Shown here in pieces: positions 8,332 to 17,351 of a DNA stretch of 64,000 nt. This DNA is from a virus. Location of the stretch: positions 99,643 to 163,642 of IMG/VR virus record IMGVR_UViG_3300046779_000879, one strand, 5' to 3'. The position numbers and the translations under genes are program-made. The notes below the pieces were generated by a model. The model worked only from the letters and a program-made list of their open reading frames with translations. It searched no databases and was not told where the DNA came from. Each line of letters starts with the position of its first letter. Position 1 is the first letter of the stretch.

Positions 8332-8383
8332 ATAAATCTCCAAACATAACAAAGAATAGAGAGGGATTATACCCTCTCGTCAT

Positions 8384-9043
8384 TTAGAATTCAAATGTAG
8401 AATCAGCTTCTACTGCAACATAATATACCAAGTCACTAGATGGAGATTTAAAACGAGAGATTTTCTTACTTGAAATTGATACTTCATAATCGCCTGGAAG
8501 CATCTTTAGGTTTTCTACTTTCAGATTAACTTTGAATGTCTTATCAGTAGCACCGACAGATTCGCTGAAAGAGTTGCCAGTGGCATTCTTCTTGTCACCA
8601 ACAACTGCGGTAATCTTACTACCATCACCAACGATTGATACGTCAGATGCACGCAGAACAGATGCAGTCTTATTAATCATATTCAACATCGCAGCAGACA
8701 TCGTGAAGTTGATTTCTGCTTCAGGAAATGTAATCGCTTTTTGCGGTGCGACCAATACAGATGCGTCTGCAGCAAAGAACTTAATCTTCATACTACCTTG
8801 ACTAATTGATACATACTTGTCTTGGAAGTCTAATTCAGGATCGTCAAACAAAGACATAGCACCCAAGAACTCATTGAGATCGTAGATTCCAAAGTCAGGG
8901 AATGTTTCTGTTACTGTCGCATCAGCCATCACGTTTTTCTGTGATGAGATTGTTGCAAGTTTGTTGCCACTCTTTAAAAGCAGATTACTGTTAATGCCAG
9001 CAAAGTTTTTAATTAGGGCAGTGGTTTCTTTACTAAGTTTCAT
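8384..9043 (-). CDS. gp45: Sliding clamp
   Basis: MKLSKETTALIKNFAGIN, FGIYDLNEFL, YYVAVEADS. Confidence 0.95.
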   Translation of the reverse strand: MKLSKETTALIKNFAGINSNLLLKSGNKLATISSQKNVMADATVTETFPDFGIYDLNEFLGAMSLFDDPELDFQDKYVSISQGSMKIKFFAADASVLVAPQKAITFPEAEINFTMSAAMLNMINKTASVLRASDVSIVGDGSKITAVVGDKKNATGNSFSESVGATDKTFKVNLKVENLKMLPGDYEVSISSKKISRFKSPSSDLVYYVAVEADSTFEF

Positions 9044-9084
9044 TACTTTCTCCATTCAAATGATTACATTACTATGTATAAAAC

Positions 9085-9113
9085 ATTATACCTCAGAACG
9101 AGGTTTTTGACAA
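9085..9113 (-). promoter_or_regulatory. Sigma70-type promoter of gp45
   Basis: TTGTCA-17 bp-TATAAT. Confidence 0.75.
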
Positions 9114-9115
9114 AT

Positions 9116-9445
9116 TTATTTTGAGTACTTGACATCGTGTTCATATAAGAACATCAAGCAACACATTGCATGTGCCAAGTGATTCTTACCACTCTCGGGA
9201 TCGTTTTGCTCTCCCTCTTTCCATGCCCAAAGATGTCTTTGCATTGCGTCAAAGTATCTACGTTTGGAATCTGGTACGTACTTCCAATTATCTGGTTCGT
9301 ATTTCTCCGCACCAAATGTTAGAATTTCTACAGTGGCTTTTAATGCCAGTGGTGGTAGCAAACCATATTGTAATTTACCACCATCAAATTTACGACCACC
9401 TGTTGTGGCATTCTGCGACTTCTTAATATCTTCTTTGGTTGCCAT
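9116..9445 (-). CDS. dATP/dGTP diphosphohydrolase domain protein (DUF5664)
   Basis: GRKFDGGK..YGLLP, GAEKYEPDNW, RYFDAMQRHL, DPESGKNHLAHAMCCLMFL. Confidence 0.85.
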   Translation of the reverse strand: MATKEDIKKSQNATTGGRKFDGGKLQYGLLPPLALKATVEILTFGAEKYEPDNWKYVPDSKRRYFDAMQRHLWAWKEGEQNDPESGKNHLAHAMCCLMFLYEHDVKYSK

Positions 9446-9503
9446 ATTATTCTCCAAATGAAACGACAAATGGACACTCAGAGAATGTCCATTTATAACT
9501 CAC

Positions 9504-9764
9504 TTAGGCAGTGCGAGTAAACGCTGAAGAACCAGCAACAGCATTAGCTAAAGCAACCATTTTACGAGTTGGACGACCAATACGATACTTAACAACTTCG
9601 CTACCGTTTACAACTGCAGGGTTTGAGTAAACGCAGTAACCTTGTTCACGCAAATCACGAATAGCAGAAGCTGGATGAGCAATACCGAAAGAGGACTTGA
9701 TCTGCTTAGCAGTAAACTCTTTACCTTTTTGTAGATGCTTCAATAGCATTTCTTGTTTAGACAT
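9504..9764 (-). CDS. Winged helix-turn-helix DNA-binding protein
   Basis: LLKHLQKGKEFTAKQI...IAHPASAIRDLREQGYCVY; start at MSKQEML with GGAG SD. Confidence 0.75.
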   Translation of the reverse strand: MSKQEMLLKHLQKGKEFTAKQIKSSFGIAHPASAIRDLREQGYCVYSNPAVVNGSEVVKYRIGRPTRKMVALANAVAGSSAFTRTA

Positions 9765-9797
9765 AATAATATCTCCATAATTAACAACCATCAAATG

Positions 9798-9833
9798 AAA
9801 AAAATCATCTGGGAGATGGCAAACCCCAGATGA
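9798..9833 (-). terminator. Intrinsic terminator
   Basis: TCATCTGGG-loop-CCCAGATGA followed by T7 on the minus strand. Confidence 0.65.
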
Positions 9834-9848
9834 CAAGTAAAACTCTAA

Positions 9849-10337
9849 TTAAACAGTGATGCCGTTTTCACGTAGGATGGCATTGAAGTCTTCAGTATCG
9901 CCATCAACATCAACAGAATCATCGATGATTCGCTGAAGACGTGACATCTCCATCTGTTCATCTTTCTCGACTGCAGTTTTTGCAGGAGTCTTGGCTTTTA
10001 CAGTCTTAGCCTTAGCAAGTTTCGCAACTTTGGCTTTTGCTTTAGCGACTGGAGCAGTCTGTTTGTCTGCAAGTTCTTTTGCAAAGGCAGACAACTCGGC
10101 ATCAGTAGGAACTGGCAACTGATACACACCACGCTCTACTTTGTTCTTGTTGAACAACCAGTTAGGATAACCAATCTTCTCACCCTTAGTGCCAGTACGC
10201 TGGTCACGCAAAGTGTAATAGATTGCAGCACATTCCTTCAGAGTAATCTGAGGATCTTTTTTGTATTGAGGATTAGATTCAATCACTGCAACAACAAATC
10301 GTTTTTGAGACAAAGACAAAGCATTAAATTTCAACAT
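9849..10337 (-). CDS. Hypothetical DNA-binding-like protein sharing a motif with the CobS N-terminus
   Basis: YPNWLFNKNKVERGVYQL plus an Ala/Lys-rich linker. Confidence 0.7.
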   Translation of the reverse strand: MLKFNALSLSQKRFVVAVIESNPQYKKDPQITLKECAAIYYTLRDQRTGTKGEKIGYPNWLFNKNKVERGVYQLPVPTDAELSAFAKELADKQTAPVAKAKAKVAKLAKAKTVKAKTPAKTAVEKDEQMEMSRLQRIIDDSVDVDGDTEDFNAILRENGITV

Positions 10338-10386
10338 AATATATTTCCTTAAAAGAAGTTTTCAAATTTTCAACACAACAAGTTCT

Positions 10387-10449
10387 ATTATACAACAAGA
10401 TGAGATTAAAGGCAAGTCTTATTTGCAATAACCCCATAAGTTGTAAGGG
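10387..10449 (-). promoter_or_regulatory. Sigma70-type early promoter with upstream palindromic box
   Basis: TTGCCT-17 bp-TATAAT (10415-10387), TTGCAAATA element, box CCCA-N9-AGGG at 10433-10449. Confidence 0.75.
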
Positions 10450-10450
10450 A

Positions 10451-11614
10451 TTAGAATGGAACCTCATCTGAAGGACTTGGAGCAGGTGCTTCTACAACTG
10501 CTACAGGCTCAGGTTGAGGGTTTGCAACTTTATCGAACAAGTCAATGAATGCAGCTTTTGTTGCAGCATCGAAACGATTGCAACACAACTCGACTGCTTT
10601 CTGCTGATTCTTGAAAATCGCAAACGCACGAACAATGTGAATCATACGACGAGTCGTAATTGTTTCATCCACACCACCATCCTCGAAAGTGCGACGAATT
10701 GCTTCAGCCCACTTCACGAGTGTCTCTGCAAACTCGGCATCTAGACAGCCATAAGTTTCCATGAGATTCTTAATAATCTTAACTTCGATCTTAGCATTAG
10801 GATATTCTTGTTCGAATGTAACAGCGAATCGCTCCAAGAATGCTTCGTTCAGTACGTTAGTACCGATGTAACGACCATCGTCTGACCCTTTACCCTTAGT
10901 GTTTGCTGTTGCAAAGATGTTGAATCCTTCAGCTGGAACAATCATCTCATTCTTGAGTTTGAAGTAGTATGGTTTACCCTCGAGAATCGGCTGCAAACAA
11001 AGTAATGTATTGGCTGAACCTGCATCGATCTCGTCAAGCAAGAGTGCAGTGCCATTGCGCATGGCGATAAGAACTGGACCCTCCACGATCTCCACGTTAC
11101 CATCTTCCAAAGTCTTGGAGCCAATCAACTGCTCTTCGTCTGTCATCATGTTTAGGTTGACACGAATTAGTGGACGTTTGTGTTTGGAACAGATCTGCTC
11201 GACCATGGTTGACTTACCATTACCTGTTGGACCAGAGATGTATGCAGGATAAAAGATGCCAGACTTGATAATGTTTTCCAAATCGTTGTAATTACCGAAT
11301 GGAACAAAGTTTGGATCTTTCTTTGGAACTAGGGCTGAGATATCAGAGTAGTCTACCTTAAACGATTCTTGTTTCACAGGTTGTGCCTTCAATGCAGTGT
11401 TTCCAATAACAGGGGTTGCACTACCATCAATAGCGTACAAGCCACGACCAACTTTATTCTTCATGAGCCACAGAGGATACTTCTCTGTCTTCATTGCTTT
11501 CATAACACTCAAAAGTTCTGGACGACTCACAGTGCCTTTAGTGGCAGTGTCAGGGTACATTTCTTTCATTTTCGATTCAAACGAATCACGGAACTGGTTA
11601 TCAGTTTTTGCCAT
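10451..11614 (-). CDS. cobS: MoxR/CobS-like AAA+ ATPase
   Basis: Walker A GPTGNGKS, Walker B LLLDEID, ATANTKGKGSDDGRYIGTNVLNEAFLERF. Confidence 0.9.
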   Translation of the reverse strand: MAKTDNQFRDSFESKMKEMYPDTATKGTVSRPELLSVMKAMKTEKYPLWLMKNKVGRGLYAIDGSATPVIGNTALKAQPVKQESFKVDYSDISALVPKKDPNFVPFGNYNDLENIIKSGIFYPAYISGPTGNGKSTMVEQICSKHKRPLIRVNLNMMTDEEQLIGSKTLEDGNVEIVEGPVLIAMRNGTALLLDEIDAGSANTLLCLQPILEGKPYYFKLKNEMIVPAEGFNIFATANTKGKGSDDGRYIGTNVLNEAFLERFAVTFEQEYPNAKIEVKIIKNLMETYGCLDAEFAETLVKWAEAIRRTFEDGGVDETITTRRMIHIVRAFAIFKNQQKAVELCCNRFDAATKAAFIDLFDKVANPQPEPVAVVEAPAPSPSDEVPF

Positions 11615-11661
11615 CACATTCTCCATAATAAAAACTACACTTTCACAATTTCACAGTGACT

Positions 11662-11718
11662 ATTATACTGCAATTAGCAATAAAAGTCAACACTTATTTT
11701 TCCCTGTAGATACAAGGG
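11662..11718 (-). promoter_or_regulatory. Sigma70-type early promoter with upstream palindromic box
   Basis: TTGACT-17 bp-TATAAT (11690-11662); box CCCTGTAGATACAAGGG at 11702-11718. Confidence 0.8.
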
Positions 11719-11720
11719 TC

Positions 11721-13907
11721 TTAGGCTACTAATGCAACGAATCGGTTAAGTAGGACTCGGGAAGTCTTCTTTACATTCAAATACTTACCGAAATTTTTTG
11801 CAATTGCTTTAGCATTAGCATTTGCATTCACATCAAATTCACCCTCTTGAATCTTGGTAGAAGATTGTGGAATCAAGAACAACTCATCACGACCAGTGTT
11901 TTTGATAGAAGCAAATCCATTTACTCGAAATTCTTTTTTCCAAGTTTCAACTAATGAATACACATCACCATTGTAGTTAGGTAGATTTGAATTCAAGACA
12001 CCACGTAAATCACGACCACGATTAGCACAAATATGAAATCCAACCATTGCAATATTATAACGATCTTTCATCATTCGAAGAATCATTTCAGTCTGCTCAC
12101 CTGCTCTGCGACTAATCTCATAGGTTTTCTTAGTAACTTCATCTTTGATAAAGTTCTTAATCTTAATTCGTTTGTAGATATTATTAACAACTTCAGTACG
12201 AGTGTCCTCCAATCTACCACGAGAGTACGAATTTAATTGACCACCTTCACCATCAGTAAGAGTGATAAAAGTAGTTTTCTCGACGTTGTTGTTCTTGATA
12301 AATGCACCCAATGTATTATAGCAATATACCAATGCTTCATTTAAGGGAGTGCCACCAGTATTATATCCATCATTCCATTGAAAACGATAATCAAGAATAC
12401 GACGTGACATTGAATTGAATTCGCTGGTAGTCATTTTGTTACTGAATAATTCTAATAGATGAAATCTGTCTGCACAGTCAATCAAGTCATTTTCTTCTCG
12501 CCTTGCAGATCTCCAAGCATGATACGCTTCACGTTCTTCTTGAGATTTAGCTAACTTGTCGTCATAGTCAGTGGTGAATGCATACACACGATATGGAATC
12601 TGAACACGATTGCAGAACATAGCCAAGTTAATAACTTGCTTCATTGTATCTTTCAATACATCATTCATTGAACCAGAATAGTCAACAAGAAGAACCATAC
12701 CATGATTTTTACCTTGCGGTAAAGAAGTCACACGTTTAAACAAATCATCTTGCAGTTTATATGCATAAACTTTCTTCATGTCCAACGAACCAATCTTTGA
12801 TACTGTTGCACGCTTATGCATCTGTGCAGACTTCTTCATCTCGAATTCTTTCACGAGATAATTTACAGTACGAATAGATTCTGTTTTAAATTTAATGAAA
12901 TCAGCTAACTCGGCAGTTTTAAAATTAGCCTTGTCTTCTTCAGACATGTAGCGAGTGCGATAATCAGTCAATTCAGGATTGTCATCATCCCACTGTTCAG
13001 GTGCTTTAGTTTCGTTGAGAACTTGTTTGTAACCAATAACTGGATCTCTGAAATAGTCTGTATCAAATTTCCAATATTTGTATTCGGTAGAATCATCAGC
13101 AAGGTCTTCCAATTTGTTTTGGAATGCTCTTTCTGTTTTTGATTCTAAGTCATCACCCTCTTCTGACTTTTCGTCATTTTGAAAAGCAGATTGTTTGTTT
13201 CGTTTAGCTGGTTTCAGATCTTCGACATCACCATCTTGTTCTTCAAAGTCATCATCATTATCGATGTCAAAGTCACCATAAATTGGATCTTCGTTTTCAT
13301 CTTCGCCATCATCATCTTCCAGTTCTTGGAAGTTGGCATTTTGTTTACGCTCTTCGGCTACTTGTTTAGAATATGCATAGATATCGTTTGCCAATGCAAT
13401 AATGTCATCGACAGTCTCAGTGCGTTCAGCACGATTCACAAATACCTTTTCATCAGGTGTGAATGTTACACCACACTGGAAACCAGCTTTAAAGTAAAGA
13501 TTGATTTTGTCAATAAGTAACAAGTCATCGAAAGACTGGACTTGTTTCGTGCCAAAGAAGTCACGATCATTGAGTTGCTTATATCCTTCGTTCATGCGTT
13601 TACGCAATCCTGGATATTTGCGTTTGATAAGTTTCTCGATACGAACATCTTCTAGGACATTCATGTATGAGTGTAACTTAGGGGTATTCTTTAGGGGTTC
13701 AAGATATTCATTGTTGGTGTAAAGGGCATGACCCACTTCGTGACCAATTAACATATCTTCAATTTCGGGAGTCATATCTTTCCACATCGGCAAAGTCAAC
13801 ACACGTGACTTGATGTCGAAAGATGCAGTGCGAGTTCTTGCTCTAATAACTGAAAGATTTTCAGTGGCAAGAAGACGTGCGGAGAGGTCTGTTGCTTTCA
13901 TTTCCAT
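11721..13907 (-). CDS. CobT-like protein: HEXXH metallopeptidase-like domain, acidic linker, vWA domain
   Basis: HEVGHALYT, NVLEDVRIE; MIDAS DYSGS, GGTPL, LTDGE. Confidence 0.85.
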   Translation of the reverse strand: MEMKATDLSARLLATENLSVIRARTRTASFDIKSRVLTLPMWKDMTPEIEDMLIGHEVGHALYTNNEYLEPLKNTPKLHSYMNVLEDVRIEKLIKRKYPGLRKRMNEGYKQLNDRDFFGTKQVQSFDDLLLIDKINLYFKAGFQCGVTFTPDEKVFVNRAERTETVDDIIALANDIYAYSKQVAEERKQNANFQELEDDDGEDENEDPIYGDFDIDNDDDFEEQDGDVEDLKPAKRNKQSAFQNDEKSEEGDDLESKTERAFQNKLEDLADDSTEYKYWKFDTDYFRDPVIGYKQVLNETKAPEQWDDDNPELTDYRTRYMSEEDKANFKTAELADFIKFKTESIRTVNYLVKEFEMKKSAQMHKRATVSKIGSLDMKKVYAYKLQDDLFKRVTSLPQGKNHGMVLLVDYSGSMNDVLKDTMKQVINLAMFCNRVQIPYRVYAFTTDYDDKLAKSQEEREAYHAWRSARREENDLIDCADRFHLLELFSNKMTTSEFNSMSRRILDYRFQWNDGYNTGGTPLNEALVYCYNTLGAFIKNNNVEKTTFITLTDGEGGQLNSYSRGRLEDTRTEVVNNIYKRIKIKNFIKDEVTKKTYEISRRAGEQTEMILRMMKDRYNIAMVGFHICANRGRDLRGVLNSNLPNYNGDVYSLVETWKKEFRVNGFASIKNTGRDELFLIPQSSTKIQEGEFDVNANANAKAIAKNFGKYLNVKKTSRVLLNRFVALVA

Positions 13908-13914
13908 AATATAT

Positions 13915-14079
13915 TTATTCCCCAAATGCAAATTCATGTTCAATAAGAGTCAACTCATCTTCAATCTCTTTACGATTGATAAGACTCAAGTCACCTGCAA
14001 AAAGTAAGCTGTCTTCAATGCCATACTTTCCAGCCAGTTCTGCAATTTCAAAATCACTAAAGTCTTTCCACATATTCAT
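13915..14079 (-). CDS. Small acidic hypothetical protein (54 aa)
   Basis: Manual translation MNMWKDFSDFEIAELAGKYGIED...; AGGAG SD, directly after an early promoter. Confidence 0.6.
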   Translation of the reverse strand: MNMWKDFSDFEIAELAGKYGIEDSLLFAGDLSLINRKEIEDELTLIEHEFAFGE

Positions 14080-14098
14080 CTCCTATCCAATAGAGTGA

Positions 14099-14183
14099 AT
14101 TATGCATCAAAACTGAATAAAAGACAACTGTTTTATTTTTCCCTGTAAAATCAACAACTTACAAAGCCCTACAGAACTGAGGG
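14099..14183 (-). promoter_or_regulatory. Sigma70-type early promoter with palindromic box
   Basis: TTGTCT-17 bp-CATAAT (14127-14099); half box CCCTGTA at 14141, full box CCCTACAGAACTGAGGG at 14167-14183. Confidence 0.75.
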
Positions 14184-14185
14184 GA

Positions 14186-15904
14186 TTACGAGACTGCAAT
14201 AACGCTGAAGTCGTTTCGTTTTTCAAACTTAATGACAGATCTGAATTTATCAAACAGCTGATCACCTTTGTGAGAGATGACAAAGATGTTTGTGTTCTCG
14301 CCAAAATGATTCATCAGATTTAAGAAGTAATCTGTTCCTGCAGTATCAAGAGAAGAATCAAAAATCTCATCGAGTAGTAAAAGATTAGTATTGACGGAGT
14401 TTTTCATTTTAGCAATTTGTCGCCACGTGAATAGAATCGATAAGTCAATACGCATCTTCTCACCTTCAGAGAAACTTGCATAAGTAAAATCATCACGATG
14501 TCTTGACTTAACAATCTCGTTAAATGCTTCATCCAACTCAAAGTGAATATATGCATCCATTGCTTGGAGATACTTGTTAATTAACTTATTCATGGCAGGT
14601 AAATACTCACGAATGATGGCAGTCTTAATACCAGTATCTTTTAATAGAATGCTCGCCACTTCTTCAAGATTACGTTGTTCTTGTAAAGTTGTTTTGGTTG
14701 CTATCTTTTCCATAGCTGATTTAGCCAACTCTTTTAGCTTACGCTTTTCTTCATCGATATTTGTCGTATCAGTTTTCGTGCTTTCAACTTCAGCCTGCAT
14801 TTCTTTAACTTGTTTATTGAGCAAGGTGACTGTTGAGTTTTTTGTAGATAGTTCAATATTCTTATCGGTAATCTTCGATTGTATTTCAGTAATCGCAGAT
14901 AACTTTTTGTTAAGGTTGGAGAGGATAGTTTCGAGTTCACCAACTTTTGTGTTTTGTTCCAACAACTTTGAATTAAGGTCTTCGACAATCTTTGACTTGT
15001 GTTCCTCTGGGATATTCTGGTCACATGATGGACAAACATCGTGCTCGTTAAAGAACTCTGTGTGACTCTCACAAGTTTCGATTTTCTGGAGTAACTTGGA
15101 CTTGATTGACTTTGCTTTTTCGATGTCTTCATTAACAACTTCTTTATCATTGATGCTTGTTTTAAGAGTATCGATCTCCGAAAGAATAAGTTGGATCTCG
15201 CCCTCTGCCTGTAAAATTTCAGCATTGTTAGCAGAAATCTTGGATAGGATGTTGTTGATACTCTCAGTTTTGGCTTCCGTGATGGCTTTAATAAGTTGTG
15301 TCTGGGAATCGACTTGAGTTTTTGCTGTGGCAATTTCCGCTTCAGCTTTAGCGATTTCATCTTTTGTCTCATTAATCTTTTCTTTCAACAGAGTATTCAT
15401 TGTAGAGAAAATACGAATATCAAGAATGTCTTCAATAACCTCACGTCTTTGTAGAGAGGACAACTGCATGAATGGGACAAACGATGCTGAACCAAGAATA
15501 ACAACTTGTGTGAATGTCTTGTAGTTTAACTTTAAGATTTGTTGCTCAAGAACTTTTTGATAATCTCGAGATGCTGCATCTTGATTGATCATCTCACCAT
15601 TGAGATAGATCTCGAAAATGTTTGGTTTGATACCACGAATGATTTTGTATTCACGACCAGAAATAGAGAACTCGATAGTAACCAAACATTTTTTACCATT
15701 GATACTATTGATAAGTTGGTTCTTGTTAATGTTACGAAATGGTTTGCCAAATAGCGAAAAACACAATGCGTCTAAGATTGTGCTTTTACCTTCACCATTC
15801 TTACCAATAATAAGAGTTGTGGGTGATTTGTTTAATAGAACTTTATTCGGTGAATTACCAGTTGATAGGAAATTCTGCCAAGCGATTGAGCGGAAGGTTA
15901 TCAT
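14186..15904 (-). CDS. gp46: Recombination endonuclease subunit (Rad50/SbcC-like)
   Basis: GKNGEGKST, zinc hook CPSC, FSEGEKMRID, LLLDEIFDSSLD. Confidence 0.95.
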   Translation of the reverse strand: MITFRSIAWQNFLSTGNSPNKVLLNKSPTTLIIGKNGEGKSTILDALCFSLFGKPFRNINKNQLINSINGKKCLVTIEFSISGREYKIIRGIKPNIFEIYLNGEMINQDAASRDYQKVLEQQILKLNYKTFTQVVILGSASFVPFMQLSSLQRREVIEDILDIRIFSTMNTLLKEKINETKDEIAKAEAEIATAKTQVDSQTQLIKAITEAKTESINNILSKISANNAEILQAEGEIQLILSEIDTLKTSINDKEVVNEDIEKAKSIKSKLLQKIETCESHTEFFNEHDVCPSCDQNIPEEHKSKIVEDLNSKLLEQNTKVGELETILSNLNKKLSAITEIQSKITDKNIELSTKNSTVTLLNKQVKEMQAEVESTKTDTTNIDEEKRKLKELAKSAMEKIATKTTLQEQRNLEEVASILLKDTGIKTAIIREYLPAMNKLINKYLQAMDAYIHFELDEAFNEIVKSRHRDDFTYASFSEGEKMRIDLSILFTWRQIAKMKNSVNTNLLLLDEIFDSSLDTAGTDYFLNLMNHFGENTNIFVISHKGDQLFDKFRSVIKFEKRNDFSVIAVS

Positions 15905-16489
15905 TCACTTACCTTTACTAATGTTTTCTTTCCACGGTAACATCTGAAGATTTTCTTTAACAGCAATTTCTTCTGGTGGAATGTTATTATCAAATCCATA
16001 TCGAATAGAGACAATATGATCTAAGTGGTAGATTCCAGCTTGACCAGCTAACCCTCTTGGATAATTGTTTGGGTTAATCTCTGTGTGATGCTCTTCGTAT
16101 ATTTTTCTAGTTAAAACATGCACTCTATTTGAGTATCTACGATATTCTGGAGTGCTTTCCTTTTTCAAGGTATTTCTATATTCTTCAGTTTGCATATAAG
16201 ATTTATCAATGTTCTTACTACCGCAACTCTGAGAACAATATCTTTTAGTGTCAGATGGAGTGACCATAAAAGATGCTCCACAATACAAGCAACTTCGTTC
16301 TTCTTGTTTAACCTGCCATGGTCTTTCTTTCCCTTTCTTGCTGCCTTTTGGAACAGTGACCCCAAGTTTGGATCTCCATCGTTGGGCAGTAGCAGTTCCT
16401 ATACCAAGAACTTTAGATATTTCTACTAAAGTCTTAGATGGATTAGTTAAAATCAAAAGTTGTTCTTCTGTTAGTTTATGGAATTTCAT
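15905..16489 (-). mobile_element. Free-standing HNH endonuclease (putative homing endonuclease)
   Basis: N-terminal HTH, CLYC..YCSQSC zinc ribbon, YHLDHIVS...NLQMLPWKENISK HNH motif; own late promoter CCTAAATA (16505-16512). Confidence 0.75.
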
Positions 16490-16551
16490 AAATCCTCCTA
16501 ATTTTATTTAGGAGTTTTCATTTTTCTATTGTGGGTTATTAAATACAATCA

Positions 16552-17064
16552 TTAAATAAACCCAGCTTCAGTTTGTGGAGGTGCTGGTGGCTCGGCATCA
16601 GAGTAGCGATATACATACTCTGGTTCTTTCGGTACAGTGTATGGGAAAGTCACTGGTACTCGTGATTCTCTACAGGTATAGTATGATTTGAATGGTTCAC
16701 CTGTATCATAGGACTTAGCCCACTCCCAAAACACTTTACCATCGATGTCGTAGCATTCACCAGTGGCTTTATCCTTGAATACATGGGATGCTCGCTTGTT
16801 CTGATAAACATCATGCCCAGTATCGCTCCACTCCCAGTCTTCACCAGTTAATGGAGCGATCGGTTCAAACTTCGCTAGTCTTGAGAATAGATTAATAGCA
16901 TATGGTGCAGAAGAGCCAGAGTGCCCCTCACCTTCAAAAACTTCCAACAATTTCAGAACATGTTCACAAATCATCCCCTGCATCTCATCAGTGAATTCTC
17001 CGTTTTCGTTTACCCAACCTGCTGCTCGGAATTCTTCACGAGCGTGTTTTTCATAATTATTCAT
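16552..17064 (-). CDS. Conserved phage hypothetical protein
   Basis: GHSGSSAPY, PLTGEDWEW, YQNKRASHVFK motifs. Confidence 0.75.
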   Translation of the reverse strand: MNNYEKHAREEFRAAGWVNENGEFTDEMQGMICEHVLKLLEVFEGEGHSGSSAPYAINLFSRLAKFEPIAPLTGEDWEWSDTGHDVYQNKRASHVFKDKATGECYDIDGKVFWEWAKSYDTGEPFKSYYTCRESRVPVTFPYTVPKEPEYVYRYSDAEPPAPPQTEAGFI

Positions 17065-17351
17065 TTAGCCTTCCATTTCACTCCCATAATCTTATAGAGA
17101 TATCTTCTAAAGATATTGGGTTTAGTTTTAGAAACCACTGTTAGTGGAGTCTGGTCGATATCAATTTGAAACGATGGTTCAATATTACTGACAGTCGCCA
17201 ATGTAGTTCCAGTTCCACCAGCAATCAATACAGAACCAGCAATCATATCTGCTCGTTTCTTTGCCTCATAGTCATAACTTGGTCGAAAGTCCAAGTCAAG
17301 AAGGATCTGTTCCGTCAGTGGAAAGAAATACTGGATTTGAATTTGCTGCAT
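17061..17351 (-). CDS. Hypothetical protein
   Basis: 96 aa, coupled to gp47 and the next ORF. Confidence 0.65.
   Translation of the reverse strand: MQQIQIQYFFPLTEQILLDLDFRPSYDYEAKKRADMIAGSVLIAGGTGTTLATVSNIEPSFQIDIDQTPLTVVSKTKPNIFRRYLYKIMGVKWKAK

Noticed and set aside
10451-13907. Cobalamin biosynthesis (cobS/cobT) auxiliary metabolic genes
   Set aside because: No cobN or other cob genes; the architecture is a generic MoxR AAA+/vWA pair with a peptidase-like domain.
14734-15372. 212-aa alternate-frame ORF inside gp46
   Set aside because: Lys/Leu/Ser-rich shadow of the coiled-coil codons; no SD or recognisable motif.
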